Shown: positions 1 to 14,265, numbered from the stretch's first letter. The stretch is DNA of 64,000 nucleotides from Chrysomallon squamiferum (GCA_012295275.1 CM022667.1:6262001-6326000); one strand, 5' to 3'. Numbers and translations are program-made. The notes: generated from the letters alone by a model not told the origin.

Positions 1-116
1 CCATTATTCCTTAATGTCAGTGAACATAGAGAAAAGAGTCTTTGAATATGTCTGCTGTTTCCCTTCTATGCATGTCACCAATCTGCTCAAAACGTATAAG
101 TGATTTAAGGTTTGTT

Positions 117-148
<32 letters not shown>

Positions 149-260
149 CATAATAAATAAATAAATAAATGGTGCTGCATTCTTTCTTCCTAGGTCACCT
201 ACATATGTAATATAAACAAAACTGTTGCAATATAATTTTAGAAATCTGTGTCATACAAAC

Positions 261-356
261 CAGTTTTCTTTGTCTTCTCTTTGAGTTTTAACTTGATTTT
301 TTATCCACTCCAAGTTTCTCAGTTTTATCCACAATTGCATAAAAATCATCTATGTC
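261..356 (-). pseudogene. Gene A downstream cytoplasmic-type Tyr exon (DIDDFYAIVDKTEKLGVDKK...), frameshifted
   Basis: cag|GAC...ACTG|gtttgt boundaries; paralogous to the 97-nt exons at 25406 and 41290 but 96 nt long (one base short at an A-run), giving early TAA. Confidence 0.6.
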
Positions 357-1095
357 CTGAAGTAAATAAAAACATTGAATCAAAGGAAACAACAACACAA
401 CCTGGACACTACAAAAAACAACTAACAATTGAAACCCACACACATGTACACACACAAACAAACACACATGCACATATAAAAACCCCAAAAAACAAATAAA
501 ACAAATAAATAAATAATGAAGTAAACAATAAAATAATGAAATGATTCAATACCCAAAATATCAACATACACTCAGACGTCTGCATTCCTTGTATAACATT
601 TTAAGGTTATGTAAATATGACTATTTGTATGTAATGAAAATACTTTTTCACAAACTAACATTTTTCTGTTATAAATTACATTTTGTCAGTGTAACTAATC
701 TTGCGAACATTTACATTATTATGATGTAATGAAAATAATGTAATCATAACCAAGTCATAATGTAATAATAACGTAAATATAAAGTAATATTTTCTGTATT
801 AATCTTAAAGAAAGAAGAACTTTTATAGATACAATTATATTAGACCAAGCTTTAAATAAGGAAATGGGTGAATAATAACAACTTTATAAGCATAGTTGCT
901 AATAACATATGAATAGATATATTTTGGAATCTGAAATTTACTAACCAAACAGGACAAAAATGTAAAACAAATCAAAAGAAAACAAAAATAAATATTGGTT
1001 ATTCAAACAGTTTTGACGAACAGACATTTGCAATGTTACTGTTCTAGCAGACAAGGTAACACAACAAGACAAATTTTTAACATAGCAAAATTATA

Positions 1096-1101
1096 TTTAT
1101 T
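1096..1101 (-). terminator. Poly(A) signal AATAAA, gene A
   Basis: Same conserved context (AAGTGAATAAA) as in B, C and D, downstream of the stop exon. Confidence 0.45.
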
Positions 1102-1437
1102 CACTTATAGGATTTACTTGAAAACTAGCTAGTATTCATTCAGCATAAAGCTTAACAACAATCATAACTAATATATCAAAACCAAATGAGGTAGTAAATA
1201 AAGTAAATGAACATATTCAACATCACATTTCTAATAAACTGAGATGTTACTGAAAGAGAAACTCTAAAACAAGCCAGAAACTGAAATATGCGTGAAACAT
1301 GAGCAAGTTGTGTGAAAAGAACAATTTACATAAAGAATGATATATATATATATATAAAAAATTATATAAAAAATTAAAATTAAAATTAAAAAAAGAAAGG
1401 AGAACAAGAAGAAAAAAAATGATTATACATAATCTTC

Positions 1438-2024
<587 letters not shown>

Positions 2025-2029
2025 CTCAC

Positions 2030-2093
2030 CAAATAATGCACACAGTAACTGTCCATACTATAGGTCTGGTGCGGGTGGCAAATGATGTGTGAG
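2030..2093 (-). CDS. Gene A hydrophobic exon (A)HTSFATRTRPIVWTVTVCII
   Basis: caacag| ... TG|gtgagt; conservative substitutions among four paralogues in this frame. Confidence 0.75.
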
Positions 2094-2182
2094 CTGTTGA
2101 AATCAGAGTAGAATAAAAATCTCAATTAAATATACCTTTAATGCATAGGATTATTTATTTATTTAAAAATAATAATAATTTA

Positions 2183-2560
2183 AACCCGGCTGTATCAGAT
2201 TTTTATGAAACTTGGTATACTTTGTTGATTGGGATCCCACATGTCAGGAACTATTGGGCCAATCTTCATAAAATTGGGCCTGATTGTGTAGAACATGTTA
2301 TTCCATTTGGCATCTTTTCTTATCCTTAAGGAATTCCTCCAGACATATCAGGTGAATTTTGACTCCAAAGATGAGTTTTTGGTCTCAGAGAAGTGTATAC
2401 ATGTAGAAAATGTACATTGTAATGGACTGTATCAACTATCTGTGCAGGAATGCATTTTTTAAATCTATACTGTGGCTAAACAAAATATATTACACCTCTG
2501 AAACTTTTTTATGTTTTAGTTAACATGTGGGAGATTAAATTTTAAGAAAGGTTATCTCAT
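2183..2560. mobile_element. Internally deleted TIR DNA-transposon relic, same family as 21158-23515
   Basis: Terminus aaacccggctgtatcagatttttatgaaacttgg; close to the reverse complement of 55570-55977. Confidence 0.55.
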
Positions 2561-3110
2561 AAATTTCAAGAAAGGTTAAAATAGCAACTGCCATTTTACA
2601 AGGTTGGGGATATATGACATTATATGTGTGTTCATAGAAGCTGTGTTTTAAAGTGTTTTATTAGGAACATTTTCATTAATCAGTCAGATTATTTTTCAAC
2701 AGCAACAATTAGAATGTTGGTATTTAAAATTCTAATCATATTTATACAACTTGATGTAAAATTTCCCTGGGATAAATCAATAAATAAATAAGTAATAATA
2801 GTAGTAATAGTAGTAGTAGTAGTAATCACTGTATAGTAAAATAAATTTACATTAATAATTATTTTTCTTATAGTAATTTGCAAAATAAAATGAGTTCTGT
2901 GACAAATATTCATAATTTGTTTCTAAATTCATGATATGTCACTCATATAGTCCCTTTATCATATTAATACTGGAAACACAGAATCATTACCCATAAATTA
3001 TATTAAATTTATTTTAAATTAATACTTTTTATGTACTGAGAAATACAAAATAAAGTTTATGTATTAACATATTATGACAGTGCTTAGCTCTACATGTACA
3101 AACATCATAC

Positions 3111-3134
3111 CTGTTTGTGGTGTTGTAGTTTGAC
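3111..3134 (-). CDS. Gene A 24-nt stalk micro-exon (R)QTTTPQT
   Basis: cacag|GTCAAACTACAACACCACAAACAG|gtatga, phase 1-1. Confidence 0.7.
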
Positions 3135-4068
3135 CTGTGACATTGAATTGAAAATTTAAATGAAATAAATGAAGATTTAGCTATTGTGTATGTTTTTCTA
3201 TTTTTCTTTATTAATTTTAATTTTAATTTTTTATTTTTTTGCCCAACACAGTTTAAAAGAACAAAAATGTACATTAAAAAAAGAAATGTATTGAAATTTT
3301 AAAATATCTGAAAAATAATAACATTTGCCCACAGAAATCAAATCTATGCTATTCTGAGACTAAATAATACCAAAACAATAGAATGAAATCAAAAATGAAT
3401 CATTCACATACAGTGCTGAACATTTACCAATCTTATTAAGAAACTATTTAGGAGGGTAAAAAACTATTGTTGTATTTGTCAACATAAATGAAGATATTGC
3501 TAATAAACAGTTTGATTTTACTATGATTAAACTCTTCAACAATTTCATAACTATTGCCATCTTTCATTATTAGGGATAGAGTACATCTTCAAATAATTAG
3601 CTGAAATTTTTTGAAGAATTCACCCCATTGTTTTAACTCTGAAAACAGCAGAATACACAATTTCAGGACGTGTAGCACAACTAGGCAAAACCAAAAAAAG
3701 TCTAAATGTTTTATTTTCCCCTCTCCTGGCCTCCTGAATGCAGAATGGTGGACAAGTGCATTACTGCTTGAATGAAGATCATTTTTAAACCAAAATTAAA
3801 TGCAATTTTTCAACTAAAATAAATAAAAAGATAATTAAAGTATAAATTTAATTTGCTATTTTCCTTGTGTGTTCAGTAGCTTTTTGTTTTCTTATCTGAG
3901 GGATGAAATGCATGATAATCGACTATGAATTTTAATAAAATGAATATTTGCTGGATACTGATCATTGCTGTTATAAAGTCTTAAAGCTTAAAAGGATTTT
4001 GCAATACAAATATTATATGTCTTTATCACATATTATTAATGAACAAAACTGAAATACACATAACTTAC

Positions 4069-4413
4069 GGACAAATATCAGTCTGTACTTGTTGCTTTGT
4101 GTTGTTGTATCTGTTTGTAGTGAACACCACCAAATTGTTTCATCTACAGCTTCAACTTTGTTGATTGTCAAAGTATAGTTCTTAGTCTGTGATGCTGTGT
4201 CTCCTGTTCCTGCTCCACAGCTTGCAGCATAACCAGCTGGTGGTTTACTAAACACAAAACAGTCAGAACCACTTTGGCTAAATGATATAAGACTACCTTC
4301 TGTTGTGTTCCTGTTAAATTTGACAAGATCATCAAATCCATCTGCATCTTTTACTGTAAGGACAAGCATGAATGATTCCTGATTTTGAGAGCCAGACATA
4401 ACCAGAGAATAAC
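4069..4413 (-). CDS. Gene A V-like Ig domain exon (115 codons)
   Basis: ttctag|GT...C|gtaagt, 345 nt, phase 1-1; YTLTI..V...D...WWC E/F-strand pattern; homologous to four other V exons. Confidence 0.9.
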
Positions 4414-5908
4414 CTAGAAAAAAAGAAAAAGAAAAAAAAAGGTGAAAAAATGAATATAAAAGATCACACACACACAAACAGAAACCAATTAATTAATATG
4501 TTCCTGTTTTTATTTGCTAAGTTTGCTTTTAACATACTTTTTTTTATTTTGTTTATGCTCATGTAAATTTAGAAGAAATAAAACATTTATTTCATATTTA
4601 AAAATCTGGAAATTCACAGGTTCAAATTATATCATAAATGAAAGGAGAAAAGTAGATTTTAAAGTGATCTTTAATTTAAAATTAAAATTAAACAGGCTGG
4701 CAACTGCAGACAACTTGTAGCCTAGTAACAGATTAAAATCAGGATTAAGAAGGATAATCATGAGTTAAAGATGATTTTAGTGAGCCCTTAAAAAACCACC
4801 AAGCAGAAATCTCTGCTTTGTACTCACCACAGAATTCTTGATTTTTAAAGAAGCAATTTTGCAAAAAACTGCTTTTTAGTTTAATCAAGTGTTTACATAA
4901 ATTTTCGGCATAAAGGCAGACTCTATGAAGTGAAATCGATACAATGGAAGACCATTACAACATGTACAGTATGGGGTAATTATATACTTACTACTATACA
5001 GTTTGAAATATTCCTGTCAAAAGTACTGTATTAAATAAAAATATAACAAAACCCCCAAAACACACTACAGTATGCTCAGAAATTACCTATGTACTCAGTT
5101 TGAAACATCAAGACCCAATTACGTTTCTTTTAATTTCTTGACGTGCTTCTGGCAGCAGTTCTTCATTTACTGGTAAAGTTCTTGCTGTTGTAGCTCTGAA
5201 ATGATGTAGCTTAGACTGTGCCAATGGCCAACTCTCAACAAATACCACTGTCAGTGTATATTAAAACCTGTAAGTGGTTCTGCTGTAGGTAAAGCAGCAG
5301 GTGGCTGGATCAAAACAACTGCAAGTGATTACATAAATACAATCAAGCTTGAGCTTGGCCTAATTTTCAGTAACATTGCTATCCAGCTGTCAACTTTCAT
5401 TTCATCCTGAAATGACATTCGCTGCTTCACTGCCAGTATCTGATCCATTCAAACGCAGCAAATTCACATTCGCTAATTCATTATCAAATATTCCATTAGC
5501 ACACATTCTGCATTTGCAACATCCTTTGTTTTCATCTGTCTCTTCAAAGGTTGCAAAACTCTTGAACTAAAAACTAAAACTGTGGTGTTGAAAACTCAAT
5601 AATAAACTAAATTCTGAATATATTTTTAAAATTCGGTGACACATTGTTGAACAATGATGTACTGCATAGGTTCAAAGGTTACCTGCTACCTAATACCAAT
5701 AAGCAGAGATAGATTATGTAATTTCTCATTACAGAGAAATTTTTTATTGTTTACATTTTAAATTCAGTGTCCAGCCTTCCTACTGCATTTATACTAACAT
5801 GTAAGATCTATTGTTTGTTGGAACATATCCCATAATAGCTCTGAGTCAAAGAAAATGCAAATATGATGAAGGTTGGCAGGATATGTTGTCCCTGATAATT
5901 AAGACTGA

Positions 5909-6760
5909 CATGGCTCTTCTTGATATCATGTGACCGCAATGATATAACTCACTTTATAATCTTAAAATAGCATAGCAATAGGTAGCAGTGGATAGTTACA
6001 TTTCAACCAATTACTGTCACACAATGTGTACAATCGACTGCTACCAATGACTGGCAACTTTTGTGTTCAAAATGATGTCAAGTGCATGGTACACATTATC
6101 AGCAAATTTGATCTCATTTCTTGATCAAATTCAGCACCATCTCATTAAGCCACTAAAAAAGGAAATGTTTCATACACATTTTACTGCTGAAATGGATTGT
6201 GATATTAACATTGATAGTTTTTTATTTTATTAATAAATAATTTAAAAAATGCTTTATAATTTAAAATAATGAAATTTCTAGGAGGCCTTCCAGTGATGGG
6301 GTAGACTGCATAAGTTGACTGCAATCAATATTTGAAAATCAGCCTAAAATGCCTAATTGTTGCTTCACTTTCTATGTTAATTATTGAAAGACAATAATGT
6401 GTCTGCAATGTGAGTGTGAAGATAACAAAAGAGTACTTGATCAAAATACAACTAACAAATCACAGGTGTTTGTTACATGGTCATAATGTTAGTTCAGTAT
6501 ATGAAGGCTTCTATTTACAGTTGCATGCTACTTTACAAATTATAGTCAGAACATGCAAATGTCAGTAAAAACTAAGCTCAGTAGTGCACTATCATATATG
6601 AAACTGAAGTTAATGACAGAACAGTTTATTGTCTTCATTACTATGGCTCTTCTTGATATCATGTGACTGCAATGGTATAACTCACTTTATAATCTTAAAA
6701 TAGCATAACAATAGGTAGCAGGAGATAGTTACATTTCAATCAATTACTGGACACAACACA
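5909..6760. repeat. ~120-bp direct repeat pair in intron 1 of A (~5909-6025 and ~6642-6758)
   Basis: atggctcttcttgatatcatgtgac...taggtagcag occurs twice. Confidence 0.8.
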
Positions 6761-8099
6761 TATGGCTTACTGTCTCTTTTCTTCTCCACAAAACATAATT
6801 TCTCCCTAAAGTTTCTCACCAAATGACTAGACAGAAAAGTCACTTCACCCTATTTATTAAGTCTAGCTGAAACACTGATCTGAAGCTGTACTTTAAGTGT
6901 TTTTATAGATCTTCATAACTGAAGAGGAAACCCACCATATTCACTACAGAATTTACCTTTCTTATGCTATTAAAAGCTTTTCTAAAGACATCAGTGATAA
7001 AACAGCTGTATCAGGCACTCAGGGCATTGTTCAGTGATGTGAGAGAATCCACATTTGTGAAGATGTTTTTGACTGCATATTTTGGTTTTTGCACAGGATT
7101 TTTTTTTTTTTTTTTTTTTTTTCCTTTTTGGTACTGATAAAAGGATGGGATGTTTCCACATAGTTATTGATACTGCTTAATACTTTGTTTTGTTTGAACC
7201 TCATTATTACATCTTTATTTCATTCATCTGGTATTCTTCTCACCTGCCATGCTGCTATGGAAACAAGAATCAAGAATAAGGTTCTTGTTTTGGGTTCAGC
7301 TTTAAACAGTTTGGCATTCACATTTTCTTGGAAATTATTAAGAACATATGGAATGCTAGATGAGAAGTCGAACTGAAAAACACCTCTGAGCAAAAAGTCA
7401 TTAAAGTCATCAGAAGATCACCAAGTGAAACCAATGAAGTAGTTTATTTCTCTACAAAAACTGAGAATTACAGTTATAATTTTCAAATCCAACAGGATTT
7501 AAACTGATTAAATATTTTGTATATTTTCATCTGAATTACTGAAATATTTTGACACAATTACAGAATCTCACTGCCACTTAAATACAACTACAGATACTGC
7601 ATAGCAGTGTATTGATCATGATGTTCTGATTGATGCTAAAAAAATAATTACCAAAACAATTCTAAAGTATGTTTGGACCTTTTAAAGTTTATTAATCAGT
7701 CATAATTCCAAATTAGTCAATACACATGTAAATAACCACCATATTAAATGATGATTTATTTAGTATCAGGATTCACATGTTAGTTTTTGATTTGGGTTAA
7801 CAAAACTAGCAAGAAATTTTATTGGGAAATTGATGGCTAGTATGTAAAATTTGTAATTTAGCATGAAATGCTGACATCCATTAATTTCATGCTCATCTAA
7901 CTATTTATTGCTTACTTTAAAAATCAACCAATTCTTTGGAAAATACTGAACTGTTTTCTTAACATCCAAAAAACATAACAAAATAGTTTGTACTAATAAA
8001 CATGTTCTAAACCAATTCAAACAACTTCTGCCATTAGTTAATTCAATAACTGATTAAGGTGATGAATGAATGAAACTAGAGTTAGCCGAGTTAGTTGAA

Positions 8100-8188
<89 letters not shown>

Positions 8189-8229
8189 CTGCAACTGAAA
8201 TACATTCATTTCTTTTAATCATTAATCAT

Positions 8230-8317
8230 GCTATGGAGTTTTAGTAGAGTAACATGTGCACATTATGATACCTGATGAGAACAGTCATCTTCATATTCAC
8301 ACACCTGTGTCTATGAA

Positions 8318-8350
<33 letters not shown>

Positions 8351-8745
8351 GCATGAGATGCTACGTAGTCAAAGTTACCCCCACAATTACCTTTGCAGCA
8401 ATTTCTACTTAATAATAGACCTCTGTGTATACGAGGCATTTATTAAATGACATATTTCTACAAATTACTTTTAATAATATATGTAGAATTGATTCCATTA
8501 TGAAGGCATACGTATTTAAACATTTGTAAATACTAATCAGCGTTCGACACTGCCATCTTGGATTGTGATCAGAAGTTTCCGTGAGCTCACTGAAATGTTT
8601 TAACTTCCAAATTAAATTATTTTGCATTCATTTTTCAGGACTTTTTATGATTTACACTGACAAAGGTAAGGATGGTTGTTCATACTGCCAAACCATGATG
8701 TCATGTGCCTTTTCTAACTACTTTTTCAACTTAATCAAACTTTTC
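8230..8745 (+). repeat. Interspersed repeat shared with ~28765-29370 and ~47965-48565
   Basis: gctatggagttttag..gagtaac, cagtcatcttcatattcac, tttccgtgagctcac, ccaaaccatgatgtc blocks are collinear in all three. Confidence 0.75.
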
Positions 8746-10066
8746 AACCTGGATTATTTTTGTGTAAATGCATGCATAATAAACTGAATAAGATTATAAT
8801 TCGGAAAAAGATTAATGTATTAACTTTTGTAATTGTCAATGTTCCTGCTGTCAGAACCCAGAAAAAAAGAACATTTAGAGATTATTTGTACCCATTAAAT
8901 CAGCGAAATTTCTTGAGGCTTTTTTCCATGATGTAATTTGTGCCGTTACGAGTTATTGTTCCTGTTGGTCCATGCTAATTAATGTAATTCAGAAAATGAA
9001 AAATAAGATCAATTCTTAATGTATACAACTATACATACAGATCTCACTGTATTGGGTAGATAGCTACCCAATTTGGCTCAGCTCTAAGGGTATTCAGGGA
9101 ACAAGGTCATGTATATATATTTATATTCTGCCAACATTAAATCACTAAAAACACAACAACACAAGTTTAGATTTAAAGAATATGTATTATATAATCTAAT
9201 AATAGTTATTTACCAACCTTACAATGCTTACAGGGCCAATTACAAACAGTTGTATGCCACATAATTACTCTCACCACATAAGGGAACATAAGGGGTATAT
9301 CAGATATGTTTATCCCTCAAGGTACACTAGCACCCTTCAATAAGAATTTGGATATACTTGCATATTCAAATACTTAGTGAAGGGTGCTAGCTTAGCAGGA
9401 CCTGCTGTTTTAGAAATAATAGCCTACAGTTTACTTTGATCAGTCTGATTTCAAGTTATCAACTATTTTCAAATAATGTTTATACTACTTTCAAAATATA
9501 TATATATTTATCATATGTCTGTTTCTTTCAATAATTCACATCCGTATTTCAGTATTTCCTCATATCACCAACACAAAAGAGAGATAAAGCCTGATCAATA
9601 TGAAAGTGATCTTCAAAAATAATTAATTTGAGTGTTTAATGTTTATATTTTGATGTGAAATTCATAATACATTCTATAAAAATGCATGTATTTGTGTTCA
9701 TTGCTAACTTGTTCATATGTCTGTTTCATTCAGGAATCGTTCACTGAAATTATCTGCAATTATCAGTCTAACAGTGTTTAAGAGACTAATCGCATGTCTA
9801 TTATTAGAAAAGAAATAATAACTATCTAACAGTTTAATAGTAAATGATATTACTATTAATATATTATTAGTATTGTTAGAAGACTGAAATGTCATATAAT
9901 CTTAATGATATAATTATAAATTATACATGATACAGTTTTGATTCAATGATTGGGTGATTTACGTGGGAGAAATCAATCTGCTCTTTTTAAACAAGATAAA
10001 ATGAAAGCACTGATCTTAGAAATGATGAAAATAAATGTAAATTAAAAAAAAAAAAAATACACAAAC

Positions 10067-10124
10067 CTAGGCAAATATTAATATGTAGAAGAAACGTCCA
10101 CAGCAACATTAGCTTAATCGCCAT
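10067..10124 (-). CDS. Gene A signal-peptide exon MAIKLMLLWTFLLHINICL(G)
   Basis: aaaATGG start, 58 nt, CTAG|gtttgt donor, phase 1; homologous to the B/C/D leaders. Confidence 0.85.
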
Positions 10125-10184
10125 TTTCTATTACGAGTCTACATCCTTACGATAATGAGGTTATTTGGGCGAATAATTTTACAG

Positions 10185-10435
10185 AACTGGTTTAGGTTTA
10201 CAAGTGCAAAGAAGCTAGACACAGATACCAGATAGAGAGAAACCGGTTTTGTTTATAATTTACACCACAACACAGTATACAAATTATTACACAGAACGTT
10301 ATTCGGAAAAAAAAAAAAAAAAAAACATATTTAATATTATTTTCCGCGAATATATTACTATTAATGTATTATAGTTCATGAAAATAGCCCTATATACTTC
10401 TGGAAACGACTATGCAAGCGTCAGTTTACTTCCTG
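10185..10435 (-). promoter_or_regulatory. Gene A proximal promoter with motifs conserved across paralogues
   Basis: CCTAAACCAGTT (10185-10196), AACCGGTT (10241), TTCCGCGAA (10342-10350), CAGGAAGTAAA (10425-10435). Confidence 0.5.
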
Positions 10436-11439
10436 TACTTGTGATTTTACCAGACGTTACAGAAACGTAAGTTTTATTTTTAAATTTATAAATCTGTGCT
10501 ACATTGCTAGACGTGTTGCCACTCAGAGTATGTGTTGTGTGTATGTTAAAACTGTAAACTATGACAAGGACAAGTATCAAACTATTTTTTTTTTCACCCA
10601 AAGCAAGATTATATTTCTTGCACCTGTCTTAGTAATTAATTAATTAAGTATGTAATACATAATTAAACAGCGATGATGATTCGATAAATGACGAAATCAC
10701 GGCATGATGGGGGTACTTTTCTTACTGCATGTGTGCACGTGCACACCTTTAAACTGTAAAATTATGAAAATAGTAAAACTGGAGTATGATTATAGAAATT
10801 CGAAAGTACATTAGTTTCTTGTTTTCTTCGTAGAATCCCAAATGCCTGTACAAATGAAAACTGTTTTAATGTGAGTTAAAAGTGTTATTTATAGATTCTG
10901 TATTTTGATGGATTAGCACTGCACACAAGGCAGCTGGTAATGTTCTCTTTGATGGGTTGTAGGAAAAAATGGTACCCGGAAGAAATGGCACTGTGCAGAT
11001 TTGGAAAAAATGGCACAATATCCACTTTTTCTGTATATATGCTTTAATAAAACCCTTAAAAGTAATTATGAAAATACAGTTTATTCACGCAATATTGTTA
11101 CATACACGTATATTAATATATAGCATCACTCAACCACTTGGTCTTGCTTAACAAAGTACGGTATTATATCAGAGTTTAATATTACACATATACACTAACG
11201 ATCTTTTTTGTTTACAAATTATATAAATAGAAATTTAATAGTTAATTGCTCGAAATAAATGATACAAATGGATACAATGCATGTTTTTCAGTCCGTTTTC
11301 GTTCGTTTTTCGTTCATTCACGCGCTTCTCTCAGTCATACGTCCATCTGATATTCTAATTCTCTTTTCTCTTCTTCTTCGACTTAGACTTAAACACGTTT
11401 GTAATTTACCCTTCCAATATGTCAAAACAAATAACAGTA

Positions 11440-11534
11440 TACCGGCAAATGCTGATGATAAAAAGAAACGGAAGACAATATCTTTAGAAACAAAATACAT
11501 TATCTTAAATGAAACCAAAACTAACAAAAATTAA
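11440..11534 (+). mobile_element. pogo/Tigger-type transposase N-terminal relic
   Basis: KKRKTISLETKYIIL resembles the CENP-B/psq HTH start; truncated. Confidence 0.4.
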
Positions 11535-12419
11535 CCTATAATGAGCGGCATATAATTATTTCTTAATGTATTTGTATCAATTGATTTGTAAATGATTTAC
11601 TGTTTACTTAATATCTATAATCTATTAAATCATCTATGTCTAAACTGCCGTTTTATTTATCCTTATTTCACATTTTCATTTTATGTCAAATTTCATCAGC
11701 GACAAAGTAACCACTGCTTTTAACCTTAATTCTATGTAAATTAACGATACCTCACTTAACTATCGGAAATTTGGAACCAATTACATCTTTAATCTGAGGT
11801 ATTATTGTAGTATGGATATCGCTTATCGCATAAAGTATGCAAATATGACAAATATCGAAATAATCTATGTATCGAATGTAGTGAATGTAAATAATTAAAA
11901 AAGAAGGTATTTATCTAAAAGTATTCCCGATGATTTGGTCCTTCGCATAAACTTTTTCAGTCATAATATTTTTAGTGTACATACTATTAATATACTATGT
12001 CACATATATTGTTTAATATGTGCACAATGTGAATATGTGTGTGTGTGCATAACGTAAATATGCTCAGTAACATATATCTTGAACATGTTTAAGCTGAATA
12101 TGGTTTAATTCGAACAGTTAATGATAAATGTAACGTTCACATATTCTATTTACTGATTATAAGTGAATTACTCGTATGTATAATAAGGTTTTTTTAAAAA
12201 TTATATTGGTGAATAAAATTAGTTATTTATAATATTTTTGTCGTTTTCTTTTACAGAAGCAAGCCGTGAGAAGTAACAAAAAAACACATCGTGCCGCTTT
12301 TTTCATTTATTTATTTATTTATTTTTAATAGATAGATGAAATTGATGTAAAATTGTTTATTATTAGTCGGTTGTTTTGTAAGAAAAGGAAATGTTTATGA
12401 ATTAGAAATGACCAGCTTA

Positions 12420-12457
<38 letters not shown>

Positions 12458-12769
12458 GAATAAAAATAAGAAGAATATGAATAATAATAATAACAACAAC
12501 AACAGTAATAGTAATAATATTATAGTAATAATAAAGTTGATGATGAATATTATGATGATGATAATGAGAACAAATGAATAGTGAACACTTATTCTGCTTT
12601 TGGTATATGTTACATAACTGATTTAGGAACAATGCGCTCCGCCTCTGAATGTTAGCAAGAAACCAGATGTATGTACAGGCCAAGTTCATTATATACAGAG
12701 GTAATCAGTTATTCCGGTAGACGCGTTTTTTTCTACGAAATGGGTATTATACGAACTGGGAATTATACC

Positions 12770-12962
12770 AGATGGGAAGACACCCTTCTACTAGATAGTT
12801 CCTTTCAAGTACTCTGCCAGTTCGTACCTCCATCCTCTTGCTTGTCATCCTCTACATCGTTGCCCTTCATAGGTTTTTTAAGTCTTGATTATTTACTGAA
12901 GTGTCCAGCCCAGGACCACTTCCATCTTCTAACATGTTCAGTCACTTTTCTGATTCCAGCTT
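12770..12962 (-). mobile_element. RTE-type LINE 3' fragment
   Basis: Minus translation AGIRKVTEHVRRWKWSWAGHF...QRCRG*QARGW matches the RTE C-terminal W.WAGH..R.RGR..RW motif. Confidence 0.6.
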
Positions 12963-13824
12963 GCATTATTGTTTATTTTTCACTCAGTGCCTTCTCTGGT
13001 CTCCGTTTTGGTATTTTTGTAGCTGTTTGTGTAAGTTTGCACATGGGTAGGTAATTCTTGAGATCTTTGTTATTTCCTTAGCATTCTTGTTTTTTATGTT
13101 TATGTAATAGTAAACAGTAAACAAACAAAAAACGCAATACAATGTGGTGCATGAAATATTTCTGGTAGTAATAAAAATTTCTGAAATTTTTGTAGGCAAT
13201 AATCATAAAATCAGCAACTTGCTTGTTAACTTCAATTCAAATATAACTCTGGATCTAGGTTTAATGTAAATGCATAAGTAACTGTACAACAGTCAGGGGA
13301 GAGATGAAGCCATATATCCTTGTGAGCAAAGGTTATATCAGTGATTGTGGATTTAAGCATTCAATTTTAACAGCCATAATCAATTTAACATCCCCCACTA
13401 TTATGAAAATATAACTTTATCCAAAACTTATTTAATTAAATACATATATAGCATTCTTGCATATTGATATTTACCTGCGGTATTTGTTCGCAACTGTTGG
13501 GATTGATTGTTACTGAAGGAAAACGCTAACAAAAGAATGATAAATAATTTACATAATTGAAATAAATAATCTTTCTTTCTTAAATTTTCACAACAAAAGC
13601 TGTTTCACATTTCAGTGTCCCTTTTGAAGAGGAAAAGTACTCTTTCTCAAATACATAATTATAATAAATAATAAAATATGTACTTAAAGTAGCAAACGAT
13701 GTCGGATATGAAAGACATTTTTTTTTTATATCGTTTGACATTTTTACTGAGACTTTTTTACAGAACTATTATACAGAAATAATGAATTCAAAAATGAAAA
13801 AGCACTCACCGATGTAGAGTCGTT

Positions 13825-14152
13825 ATCCCGGAATCACGACACGGTGCAGGAAGTAAATTATCAATAAGCAGGCATCGGGACCAATAATTACAACTGAATT
13901 AGGTTTTGGTTCGTAAATAACAGCAAACTTGACTGAGATTATTAAAAGTTGTCAAAACCGGTTTGTAAGACAGTAAAGCAATAACGCGAAAATAAAGAAA
14001 TTTTTTGGAAATAGAGTTTATGTCATACATTATAATAGTATCAGTTTTTGACAGAATATCGTTTTTTTTTTTTTTTTTTTTTTTTGGCGGGGGAGGGGTA
14101 TTTGTTTGATTGCCTTTTTCATTTTTCCCGCTCAGAGCCACCTAAACCAGTT
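13825..14152 (+). promoter_or_regulatory. Gene B proximal promoter
   Basis: CAGGAAGTAAA 13847-13857, AACCGGTT ~13956, CCTAAACCAGTT 14141-14152; GAS-like site degenerate (ATCCCGGAA). Confidence 0.5.
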
Positions 14153-14201
14153 GGCTTGAAAGGGCTCGCACAAATAGGACTCATTTGTTTAAATAAGGAA
14201 A

Positions 14202-14265
14202 ATGGCGTCTGGTTTGAGGTGTATGTTTCTGTGGATATTTCTTCTACATATTGATATTTGCTTAG
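14202..14265 (+). CDS. Gene B signal-peptide exon MASGLRCMFLWIFLLHIDICL(G)
   Basis: aaaATGG, 64 nt, TTAG|gttagt donor, phase 1. Confidence 0.85.

Noticed and set aside
4900-7450. More GC-balanced stretches in intron 1 of A, including a CKCRMC on the minus strand near 5500 (BED-finger-like)
   Set aside because: Too short and interrupted to assign; probably decayed transposon sequence
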